From Eledone cirrhosa (Eukaryota): a stretch of 64,000 bases of DNA. The stretch spans positions 21,204,001-21,268,000 of the forward strand of contig OZ024744.1 in NCBI GenBank assembly GCA_964016885.1, written 5' to 3'. Under the pieces are notes generated by a model. It saw only the letters and a list, made by a program, of their open reading frames with translations. It was not told the DNA's origin and searched no databases. Shown piece after piece: positions 1 to 12,759 of this stretch (its first letter is position 1; each line of letters begins with the position of its first letter). The position numbers were made by a program, and so were the translations under genes.

Positions 1-2399
1 ATCTTAAGAACTGACTCGTTTTAACAACAGTTGAATGTTAAGATAAAACTCGTTTTAACAACAGTTGAATCTTAAGAACTGACTCGTTTTAACAACAGCT
101 GAATCTTAAGATAAAACTCGTTTTAACAACAGTTGAATCTTAAGAACTGACTAGTTTTAACATCAGTTCAACCTTAAGAGCTGACTCGTTTAACAACAGT
201 TGAATCTTCAAATAAAACTCTTTAAACAACAGTTGAATCTTAAGAACTGACTCGTTTTAACATCAGTTCAACCTTTAGAGCTGAATCGTTTAACAACAGT
301 TGAATCTTCAAATAAAACTCTTTAAACAACAGTTGAATCTTAAGAACTGACTCGTATTAACAACAGTTGAATGTTAAGATAAAACTCGTTTTAACAATAG
401 TTGAATCTTAAGAACTGATTCGTTTTAACAACAGTTGAATCTTAAGATAAAACTCGTTTTAACAACAGTTGAATCTTAAGATAAAACTCGTTTTAACAAC
501 AGTTGAATCTTAAGAACTGACTCGTTTTAACAACAGCTGAATCTTAAGATAAAACTCGTTTTAACAACAGTTGAATCTTTAGAACTGACTCGTTTTATCA
601 ACAGTTCAACCTTAAGAACTGACTCGTTTTAACAACAGTTGAATCTTCAAATAAAACTCGTTTTAACAACAGTTGAATCTTAAGAACTGACTCGTTTTAA
701 CAACAGTTGAATGTTAAGATAAAACTCGTTTTAACAACAGTTGAATCTTAAGAACTGACTCGTTTTAACAACAGCTGAATCTTAAGATAAAACTCGTTTT
801 AACAACAGTTGAATCTTAAGAACTGACTCGTTTTAACATCAGTTCAACCTTAAGAGCTGACTCGTTTAACAACAGTTGAATCTTCAAATAAAACTCTTTA
901 AACAACAGTTGAATCTTAAGAACTGACTCGTTTTAACATCAGTTCAACCTTTAGAGCTGAATCGTTTAACAACAGTTGAATCTTCAAATAAAACTCTTTA
1001 AACAACAGTTGAATCTTAAGAACTGACTCGTGTTAACAACAGTTGAATCTTAAGATAAAACTAGTTTTAACAACAGTTCAACCTTAAGAACTGACTCGTT
1101 TTAACAACAGTTGAATCTTAAGAACTGACTCGTTTTAACAACAGTTGAATCTTAAGATAAAACTCGTTGTAACAACAGTTGAATCTTAAGAACTGACTCG
1201 TTTTAACATCAGTTGAATGTTAAGATAAAACTCGTTTTAACAACAGTTGAATCTTAAGAACTGACTCTTTTAACAACAGCTGAATCTTAAGATAAAACTC
1301 GTTTTAACAACAGTTCAAACTTAAGAAATGTCTCGTTTTAACAACTGTTGAATCTTATGAACTGACACATTTTAACAACAGTTGAATCTTAAGATAACAT
1401 TCGTTTTAACAACAGTTGAATCTTAAGAACTGATTCGTTTTAACAACAGCTGATTCTTAAGATAAAACTCGTTTTAACAATAGTTGAATCTTAACAACTG
1501 AATCGTTTTAACAACAGTTCAACCTTAAGAACTGACTCGTTTTAACAACAATTGAATCTTCAAATAAAACTCGATTTAACAACAGTTGAATCTTAAGAAC
1601 TGACTCGTTTTAACAAGAGTTGAATCTTAAGAACTGACTCGTTTTAACAACAGTTAAATCTTAATAACTGACTCGTTTTAACAACAGTTGAATGTTAAGT
1701 TAAAACTCGTTTTAACAATAGTTGAATCTTAAGAACTGACTCGTTTTAACAACAGTTGAATCTTATGAACTGACTCATTTTAGCAACAGTTGAATCTTAA
1801 GATAACATTCGTTTTAACAACAGTTGAATCTTAAGATAAAACTCGTTTTAACAACAGTTGAATTATTAAGAACTGACTCGTTTCATCAACAGATCAACCT
1901 TAAGAACTGACTCGTTTTAACAACAGTTGAATCTTCAAATAAAACTCGTTTTAACAACAATTGAATCATAAGAACTGACTCGTTTTAACAACAGTTGAAT
2001 CTTAAGAACTGATTCGTTTTAACAACAGTTGAATCTTAAGATAAAAATCGTTTTAACAACAGTTGAATCTTAAGAACTGACTTGTTCTAACAACAGTTCA
2101 GCCTCAAGAACTGACTCGTTTTAAAACAGTTGAATCGTTAGATAAAACTTGTTTTAACAACAGTTGAATCTTAAAGATAAAACTCGCTTTAACAACAGTT
2201 GAATCTTAAGAACTGTCTCGTTTTAACAACAGTTGAATCTTAAGACAAAACCCGTTTTAACAACAGTTGAATCTTAAGAACTGTCTCGTTTTAACAACAG
2301 TTGAATCCTAAGATAAACCTCGTTTTAACAACAGATTAATCTTAAGAACTGACTCGTTTTAACAACAGTTGAATCTTAAGACAAAACTCGTTTTAACAA

Positions 2400-5300
2400 C
2401 AGTTGAATCTTAAGAACTGACTTGTTCTAACAACAGTTCAGCCTCAAGAACTGACTCGTTTTAAAACAGTTGAATCGTTAGATCTGACTCGTTTTATCAA
2501 CAGTTGAATCTTAAAATAAAACTCGTTTTAACAATAGTTGAATCTCAAGAACTGACTCGTTTTAGCAACAGTTGAATCTTAATAACTGACTCGTTTTAAC
2601 AACAGTTGAATCTTAAGATAAAACTCGTTTTAACAACTGTTGAATCTTAAGAACTGTCATTTTAACAACAGTTGAATCTTCAAATAAAACTCGTTTTAAC
2701 AACAGTTGAATCTTAAGAACTGACTCGTTTTAACAACAGTTGAATGTTAAGATAAAACTCGTTTTAACAATAGTTGAATCTTAAGAACTGACTCGTTTTA
2801 ACAACAGTTGAATCTTAAGATAAAACTCGTTTTAACAACAGTTGAATCTTAAGAAATGACTCGTTTTAACAACAGCTGAATCTTAAGATAAAACTCGTTT
2901 TAACAACAGTTCAAACTTAAGAAATGACTCGTTTTAACAAAAGTTGAATATTATGAACTCACTCATTTTAACAACAGTTGAATCTTAAGATAACATTCGT
3001 TATAACAACAGTTGAATCTTAAGATAAAACTCGTTTTAACAACAGTTGAATCTTAAGAACGGACTCGTTTAACAACAGCTGAATCTTAAGATAAAACTCG
3101 TTTTAACAACAGTTGAATCTTAAGAACTGATTCGTTTTAACAACAGTTCAAACTTAAGAACTGATTCGTTTTAACAACAGTTGAATCTTATGAACTGACT
3201 TATTTTAACAACAGTTGAATCTTAAGATAACATTCGTTTTAACAACAGTTGAATCTTAAGAACTGACTCGTTTTAACAACAGTTGAATCTTAAGATAAAA
3301 CTCGTTTTAACAACAGTTGAATCTCAAGAACTGACTCGTTTTAACGACAGCTGAATCTTAAAATAAATCTCGTTTTAACAACAGTTGAATCTTAAAGATA
3401 AAACTCGCTTTAACAACAGTTGAATCTTAAGAACTGACTCGTTTTAACAACAGTTGAATCTTAAGACAAAACCCGTTTTAACAACAGTTGAATATTAAGA
3501 ACTGTCTCGTTTTAACAACAGTTGAATGGTAAGATAAAACTCGTTTTAACAATAGTTGTATCTTAAGAACTGACTCGTTTTAACAACAGTTGAATCTTAA
3601 GATAACACTCGTTTTAACAAGAGTTGAATCTTAAGAACTGACTCGTTTCATCAACAGTTCAACCTTAAGAACTGACTCGTTTTAACAACAGTTGAATCTT
3701 CAAATAAAACTCGTTTTAACAACAGTTGAATCTTAAGAACTGACTCGTTTTAACAACAGTTGAATGTTAAGATAAAACTCGTTTTAACAACAGTTGAATC
3801 TTAAGAACTGACTCGTTTTAACAACAGCTGAATCTTAAGATAAAACTCGTTTTAACAACAGTTGAATCTTTAGAACTGACTCGTTTTATCAACAGTTCAA
3901 CCTTAAGAACTGACTCGTTTTAACAACAGTTGAATCTTCAAATAAAACTCGTTTTAACAACAGTTGAATCTTAAGAACTGACTCGTTTTAACAACAGTTG
4001 AATGTTAAGATAAAACTCGTTTTAACAACAGTTGAATCTTAAGAACTGACTCGTTTTAACAACAGCTGAATCTTAAGATAACACTCGTTTTAACAACAGT
4101 TGAATCTTAAGAACTGACTCGTTTTAACATCAGTTCAACCTTAAGAGCTGACTCGTTTAACAACAGTTGAATCTTCAAATAAAACTCTTTAAACAACAGT
4201 TGAATCTTAAGAACTGACTCGTTTTAACATCAGTTCAACCTTTAGAGCTGAATCGTTTAACAACAGTTGAATCTTCAAATAAAACTCTTTACACAACAGT
4301 TGAATCTTAAGAACTGACTCGTGTTAACAACAGTTGAATCTTAAGATAAAACTAGTTTTAACAACAGTTCAACCTTAAGAACTGACTCGTTTTAACAACA
4401 GTTGAATCTTCAAATAAAACTCGTTTTAACAACAGTTGAATCTTAAGAACTGACTCGTTTTAACAACAGTTGAATGTTAAGATAAAACTCGTTTTAACAA
4501 CAGTTGAATCTTAAGAACTGACTCGTTTAACAACAGCTGAATCTTAAGATAAAACTCGTTTTAACAACAGTTCAAACTTAAGAAATGTCTCGTTTTAACA
4601 ACTGTTGAATCTTATGAACTGACACATTTTAACAACAGTTGAATCTTAAGATAACATTCGTTTTAACAACAGTTGAATCTTAAGAACTGATTCGTTTTAA
4701 CAACAGTTGAATGTTAAGATAAAACTCGTTTTAACAACAGTTGAATCTTAAGAACTGACTCGTGTTAACAACAGTTGAATCTTAAGATAAAACTAGTTTT
4801 AACAACAGTTCAACCTTAAGAACTGACTCGTTTTAACAACAGTTGAATCTTAAGAACTGACTCGTTTTAACAACAGTTGAATCCTAAGAACTGACTCGTT
4901 TTAACAACAGCTGATTCTTAAGATAAAACTCGTTTTAACAACAGTTGAAACTTAAGAACTGACTCGTTTTAACAACAGTTGAATCTTAAGATAAAACTCG
5001 TTTTAACAACAGTTGAATCTTAAGAACTGACTCGTTTTATCAACAGTTCAACCTTAAGAACTGACTCGTTTTAACAACAGTTGAATCATCAAATCAAACT
5101 CGTTTTAACAACAGTTGAATCTTAAGAACTGACTCATTTTAGCAACAGTTGAATCTTAAGATAAAACTAGTTTTAACAACAGTTCAACCTTAAGAACTGA
5201 CTCGTTTTAACAACAGTTGTATCTTCAAATAAAACTCGTTTTAACAACAGTTGAATCTTAAGAACTGACTCGGTTTAACAACAGTTGAATGTTAAGATAA

Positions 5301-8300
5301 AACTCGTTTTAACAACAGTTGAATCTTAAGAACTGACTCGTTTAACAACAGCTGAATCTTAAGATAAAACTCGTTTTAACAACAGTTCAAACTTAAGAAA
5401 TGTCTCGTTTTAACAACTGTTGAATCTTATGAACTGACACATTTTAACAACAGTTGAATCTTAAGATAACATTCGTTTTAACAACAGTTGAATCTTAAGA
5501 ACTGATTCGTTTTAACAACAGTTGAATCTTAAGATGAAACTCGTTTTAACAACAGTTGAATCTTAAGAACTGACTCGTTTTAACAACAGCTGATTCTTAA
5601 GATAAAACTCGTTTTAACAAAAGTTGAATCTTAACAACTGAATCGTTTTAACAACAGTTCAACCTTAAGAACTGACTCGTTTTAACAACAATTGAATCTT
5701 CAAATAAAACTCGATTTAACAACAGTTGAATCTTAAGAACTGACTCGTTTTAACAAGAGTTGAATCTTAAGAACTGACTTGTTCTAACAACAGTTCAGCC
5801 TCAAGAACTGACTCGTTTTAAAACAGTTGAATCGTTAGATCTGACTCGTTTTATCAACAGTTGAATCTTAAAATAAAACTCGTTTTAACAATAGTTGAAT
5901 CTCAAGAACTGACTCGTTTTAGCAACAGTTGAATCTTAATAACTGACTCGTTTTAACAACAGTTGAATCTTAAGATAAAACTCGTTTTAACAACTGTTGA
6001 ATCTTAAGAACTGTCATTTTAACAACAGTTGAATCTTCAAATAAAACTCGTTTTAACAACAGTTGAATCTTAAGAACTGACTCGTTTTAACAACAGTTGA
6101 ATGTTAAGATAAAACTCGTTTTAACAATAGTTGAATCTTAAGAACTGACTCGTTTTAACAACAGTTGAATCTTAAGATAAAACTCGTTTTAACAACAGTT
6201 GAATCTTAAGAAATGACTCGTTTTAACAACAGCTGAATCTTAAGATAAAACTCGTTTTAACAACAGTTCAAACTTAAGAAATCACTCGTTTTAACAAAAG
6301 TTGAATATTATGAACTCACTCATTTTAACAACAGTTGAATCTTAAGATAACATTCGTTATAACAACAGTTGAATCTTAAGAACTGATTCGTTTTAACAAC
6401 AGTTGAATCTTAAGATAAAACTCGTTTTAACAACAGTTGAATCTTAAGAACGGACTCGTTTTAACAACAGCTGAATCTTAAGATAAAACTCGTTTTAACA
6501 ACAGTTGAATCTTAAGAACTGATTCGTTTTAACAACAGTTCAAACTTAAGAACTGATTCGTTTTAACAACAGTTGAATCTTATGAACTGACTTATTTTAA
6601 CAACAGTTGAATCTTAAGATAACATTCGTTTTAACAACAGTTGAATCTTAAGAACTGACTCGTTTTAACAACAGTTGAATCTTAAGATAAAACTCGTTTT
6701 AACAACAGTTGAATCTCAAGAACTGACTCGTTTTAACGACAGCTGAATCTTAAGATAAATCTCGTTTTAACAACAGTTGAATCTTAAAGATAAAACTCGC
6801 TTTAACAATAGTTGAATCTTAAGAACTGACTCGTTTTAACAACAGTTGAATCTTAAGACAAAACCCGTTTTAACAACAGTTGAATATTAAGAACTGTCTC
6901 GTTTTAACAACAGTTGAATCTTAAGATAACACTCGTTTTAACAACAGTTGAATCTTAAGAACTGACTCGTTTCATCAACAGTTCAACCTTAAGAACTGAC
7001 TCGTTTTAACAACAGTTGAATCTTCAAATAAAACTCGTTTTAACAACAGTTGAATCTTAAGAACTGACTCGTTTTAACAACAGTTGAATGTTAAGATAAA
7101 ACTCGTTTTAACAACAGTTGAATCTTAAGAACTGACTCGTTTTAACAACAGCTGAATCTTAAGATAAAACTCGTTTTAACAACAGTTGAATCTTTAGAAC
7201 TGACTCGTTTTATCAACAGTTCAACCTTAAGAACTGACTCGTTTTAACAACAGTTGAATCTTCAAATAAAACTCGTTTTAACAACAGTTGAATCTTAAGA
7301 ACTGACTCGTTTTAACAACAGTTGAATGTTAAGATAAAACTCGTTTTAACAACAGTTGAATCTTAAGAACTGACTCGTTTTAACAACAGCTGAATCTTAA
7401 GATAAAACTCGTTTTAACAACAGTTGAATCTTAAGAACTGACTCGTTTTAACATCAGTTCAACCTTAAGAGCTGACTCGTTTAACAACAGTTGAATCTTC
7501 AAATAAAACTCTTTAAACAACAGTTGAATCTTAAGAACTGACTCGTTTTAACATCAGTTCAACCTTTAGAGCTGAATCGTTTAACAACAGTTGAATCTTC
7601 AAATAAAACTCTTTAAACAACAGTTGAATCTTAAGAACTGACTCGTGTTAACAACAGTTGAATCTTAAGAACTGACTCGTGTTAACAACAGTTGAATCTT
7701 AAGATAAAACTAGTTTTAACAACAGTTCAACCTTAAGAACTGACTCGTTTTAACAACAGTTGAATCTTAAGAACTGACTCGTTTTAACAACAGTTGAATC
7801 TTAAGATAAAACTCGTTTTAACAACAGTTGAATCTTAAGAACTGACTCGTTTTAACATCAGTTCAACCTTAAGAGCTGACTCGTTTAACAACAGTTGAAT
7901 CTTCAAATAAAACTCTTTTAACAACAGTTGAATCTTAAGAACTGACTCGTGTTAACAACAGTTGAATCTTAAGATAAAACTAGTTTTAACAACAGTTCAA
8001 CCTTAAGAACTGACTCGTTTTAACAACAGTTGAATCTTCAAATAAAACTCGTTTTAACAACAGTTGAATCTTAAGAACTGACTCGTTTTAACAACAGTTG
8101 AATGTTAAGATAAAACTCGTTTTAACAACAGTTGAATCTTAAGAACTGACTCGTTTAACAACAGCTGAATCTTAAGATAAAACTCGTTTTAACAACAGTT
8201 CAAACTTAAGAAATGTCTCGTTTTAACAACTGTTGAATCTTATGAACTGACACATTTTAACAACAGTTGAATCTTAAGATAACATTCGTTTTAACAACAG

Positions 8301-9300
8301 TTGAATCTTAAGAACTGATTCGTTTTAACAACAGTTGAATGTTAAGATAAAACTCGTTTTAACAACAGTTGAATCTTAAGAACTGACTCGTGTTAACAAC
8401 AGTTGAATCTTAAGATAAAACTAGTTTTAACAACAGTTCAACCTTAAGAACTGACTCGTTTTAACAACAGTTGAATCTTAAGAACTGACTCGTTTTAACA
8501 ACAGTTGAATCCTAAGAACTGACTCGTTTTAACAACAGCTGATTCTTAAGATAAAACTCGTTTTAACAACAGTTGAATCTTAAGAACTGACTCGTTTTAA
8601 CAACAGTTGAATCTTAAGATAAAACTCGTTTTAACAACAGTTGAATCTTAAGAACTGACTCGTTTTAACAACAGTTGAATCATCAAATCAAACTCGTTTT
8701 AACAACAGTTGAATCTTAAGAACTGACTCATTTTAGCAACAGTTGAATCTTAAGATAAAACTAGTTTTAACAACAGTTCAACCTTAAGAACTGACTCGTT
8801 TTAACAACAGTTGTATCTTCAAATAAAACTCGTTTTAACAACAGTTGAATCTTAAGAACTGACTCGGTTTAACAACAGTTGAATGTTAAGATAAAACTCG
8901 TTTTAACAACAGTTGAATCTTAAGAACTGACTCGTTTAACAACAGCTGAATCTTAAGATAAAACTCGTTTTAACAACAGTTCAAACTTAAGAAATGTCTC
9001 GTTTTAACAACTGTTGAATCTTATGAACTGACACATTTTAACAACAGATGAATCTTAAGATAACATTCGTTTTAACAACAGTTGAATCTTAAGAACTGAT
9101 TCGTTTTAACAACAGTTGAATCTTAAGATGAAACTCGTTTTAACAAAAGTTGAATCTTAACAACTGAATCGTTTTAACAACAGTTCAACCTTAAGAACTG
9201 ACTCGTTTTAACAACAATTGAATCTTCAAATAAAACTCGATTTAACAACAGTTGAATCTTAAGAACTGACTCGTTTTAACAAGAGTTGAATCTTAAGAAC
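2400..9300 (+). repeat. Imperfect tandem duplication within the satellite, period about 3.36-3.6 kb
   Basis: Rare markers recur: GAACTGTCATTT at 2651/6008, GACTTATTTT at 3197/6589, CGGTTTAAC at 5271/8865. The offset drifts by roughly whole monomers. Boundaries approximate. Confidence 0.75.
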
Positions 9301-12300
9301 TGACTCGTTTTAACAACAGTTAAATCTTAATAACTGACTCGTTTTAACAACAGTTGAATGTTAAGTTAAAACTCGTTTTAACAATAGTTGAATCTTAAGA
9401 ACTGACTCGTTTTAACAACAGTTGAATCTTATGAACTGACTCATTTTAGCAACAGTTGAATCTTAAGATAACATTCGTTTTAACAACAGTTGAATCTTAA
9501 GATAAAACTCGTTTTAACAACAGTTGAATCTTAAGAACTGACTCGTTTCATCAACAGATCAACCTTAAGAACTGACTCGTTTTAACAACAGTTGAATCTT
9601 CAAATAAAACTCGTTTTAACAACAATTGAATCATAAGAACTGACTCGTTTTAACAACAGTTGAATCTTAAGAACTGATTCGTTTTAACAACAGTTGAATC
9701 TTAAGATAAAACTCGTTTTAACAACAGTTGAATCTTAAGAACTGATTCGTTTTAACAACAGTTCAAACTTAAGAACTGACTCGTTTTAACAACAGTTGAA
9801 TCTTATGAACTGACTCATTTTAACAACAGTTGAATCTTAAGATAACATTCGTTTTAACAACAGTTGAATCTTAAGAACTGACTCGTTTTAACAACAGTTG
9901 AATCTTAAAGATAAAACTCGTTTCGACAACAGTTGAATCTTAAGAACTGACTCGTTTTAACAACAGCTGAATCTTAAGATAAAACTCGTTCTAACAACAG
10001 TTGAATCTTAAGATAAAACTCGTTTTAACAACAGTTCAAACTTAAGAAATGACTCGTTTTAACAACAGTTGAATCTTATGAACTGACTCATTTTAACAAC
10101 AGTTGAATCTTAAAAACTGATTCGTTTTAACAACAGTTGAATCTTAAGATAAAACTCGTTTTAACAACAGTTGAATCTTAAGAACTGACTCGTTTTAACA
10201 ACAGCTGAATCTTCAGATAAAACTCGTTTTAACAACAGTTGAATCTTAAGAACTGACTCGTTTTAACAACAGCTGAATCTTAAGATAAAACTCGTTTTAA
10301 CAACAGTTGAATCTTAGGATAAAACTCGTTTTAACAACAGTTGAATCTTAAGAACTGACTCGTTTTAACAACAGTTGAATCTTAAGATAAAACTCGTTTT
10401 AACAACAGTTGAATCTTATGAGCTAACTCATTTTAACAACAGTTGAATCTTAAGTTAAGACTCGTTTTAACAACAGTTGAATCTTAAGAACTGACTCGTT
10501 TTAACAACAGCTGAATCTTAAGATAAAACTCGTTTTAACAACAGGTGAATCTTAAGAACTGACTCGTTTTAACAACAGCTGAATCTTAAGATTAAACTCG
10601 TTTTAACAACAGTTGAATCTTAAGATAAAACTCGTTTTAACAACAGTTGAAACTTAAGTACTGACTTGTTTTAACAGCAGTTGAATCTTAAGATAAAACT
10701 CGTTTTAACAACAGTTGAATCTTATGAGCTAACTCATTTTAACAACAGTTGAATCTTAAGTTAAGACTCGTTTTAACAACAGTTGAATCTTAAGAACTGA
10801 CTCGTTTTAACGACAGCTGAATCTTAAGATAAAACTTGTTTTAACAACAGTTGAATCTTAAAGATAAAACTCGCTTTAACAACAGTTGAATCTTAAGAAC
10901 TGACTCGTTTTAACAACAGTTGAATCTTAAGACAAAACCCGTTTTAACAACAGTTGAATCTTAAGAACTGTCTCGTTTTAACAACAGTTGAATCCTAAGA
11001 TAAACCTCGTTTTAACAACAGATTAATCTTAAGAACTGACTCGTTTTAACAACAGTTGAATCTTAAGACAAAACTCGTTTTAACAACAGTTGAATCTTAA
11101 GAACTGACTTGTTCTAACAACAGTTCAGCCTCAAGAACTGACTCGTTTTAAAACAGTTGAATCGTTAGATCTGACTCGTTTTAACAACAGTTGAATCTTA
11201 AAATAAAACTCGTTTTAACAATAGTTGAATCTCAAGAACTGACTCGTTTTAGCAACAGTTGAATCTTAATAACTGACTCGTTTTAACAACAGTTGAATGT
11301 TAAGATAAAACTCGTTTTAACAATAGTTGAATCTTAAGAAATGATTCGTTTTAACAACAGTTGAATCTTAAGATAAAACTCGTTTTAACAACTGTTGAAT
11401 CTTAAGAACTGACTCGTTTTAACAACAATTGAATCTTCAAATAAAACTCGTTTTAACAACAGTTGAATCTTAAGAACTGACTCGTTTTAACAACAGTTGA
11501 ATGTTAAGATAAAACTCGTTTTAACAATAGTTGAATCTTAAGAACTGACTCGTTTTAACAACAGTTGAATCTTAAGATAAAACTCGTTTTAACAACAGTT
11601 GAATCTTAAGAAATGACTCGTTTTAACAACAGCTGAATCTTAAGATAAAACTCGTTTTAACAACAGTTCAAACTTAAGAAATGACTCGTTTTAACAAAAG
11701 TTGAATATTATGAACTCACTCATTTTAACAACAGTTGAATCTTAAGATAACATTCGTTTTAACAACAGTTGAATCTTAAGAACTGATTCGTTTTAACAAC
11801 AGTTGAATCTTAAGATAAAACTCGTTTTAACAACAGTTGAATCTTAAGAACGGACTCCTTTTAACAACAGCTGAATCTTAAGATAAAACTCGTTTTAACA
11901 ACAGTTGAATCTTCAGAACTGATTCGTTTTAACAACAGTTCAAACTTAAGAACTGATTCGTTTTAACAACAGTTGAATCTTATGAACTGACTCATTTTAA
12001 CAACAGTTGAATCTTAAGATAACATTCGTTTTAACAACAGTTGAATATTAAGAACTGTCTCGTTTTAACAAAAGTTGAATGTTAAGATAAAACTCGTTTT
12101 AACAATAGTTGTATCTTAAGAACTGACTCGTTTTAACAACAGTTGAATCTTAAGATAAATCTCGTTTTAACAACAGTTGAATCTTAAGAACTGACTCGTT
12201 TCATCAACAGTTCAACCTTAAGAACTGACTCGTTTTAACAACAGTTGAATCTTCCAATAAAACTCGTTTTAACAACAGTTGAATCTTAAGAACTGACTCG

Positions 12301-12759
12301 TATTAACAACAGTTGAATGTTAAGATAAAACTCGTTTTAACAACAGTTGAATCTTAAGAACTGACTCGTTTTAACAACAGCTGAATCTTAAGATAAAACT
12401 CGTTTTAACAACAGTTGAATCCTAAGAACTGACTCGTTTTAACATCAGTTCAACCTTAAGAGCTGACTCGTTTAACAACAGTTGAATCTTCAAATGAAAC
12501 TCTTTAAACAACAGTTGAATCTTAAGAACTGACTCGTGTTAACAACAGTTGAATCTTAAGATAAAACTAGTTTTAACAACAGTTCAACCTTAAGAACTGA
12601 CTCGTTTTAACAACAGTTGAATCTTAACAACTGACTCGTTTTATCAACAGTTGAATGTTAAGATAAAACTCGTTTTAACAACAGTTGAATCCTAAGAACT
12701 GACTCGTTTTAACAACAGCTGATTCTTAAGATAAAACTCGTTTTAACAACAGTTGAATC

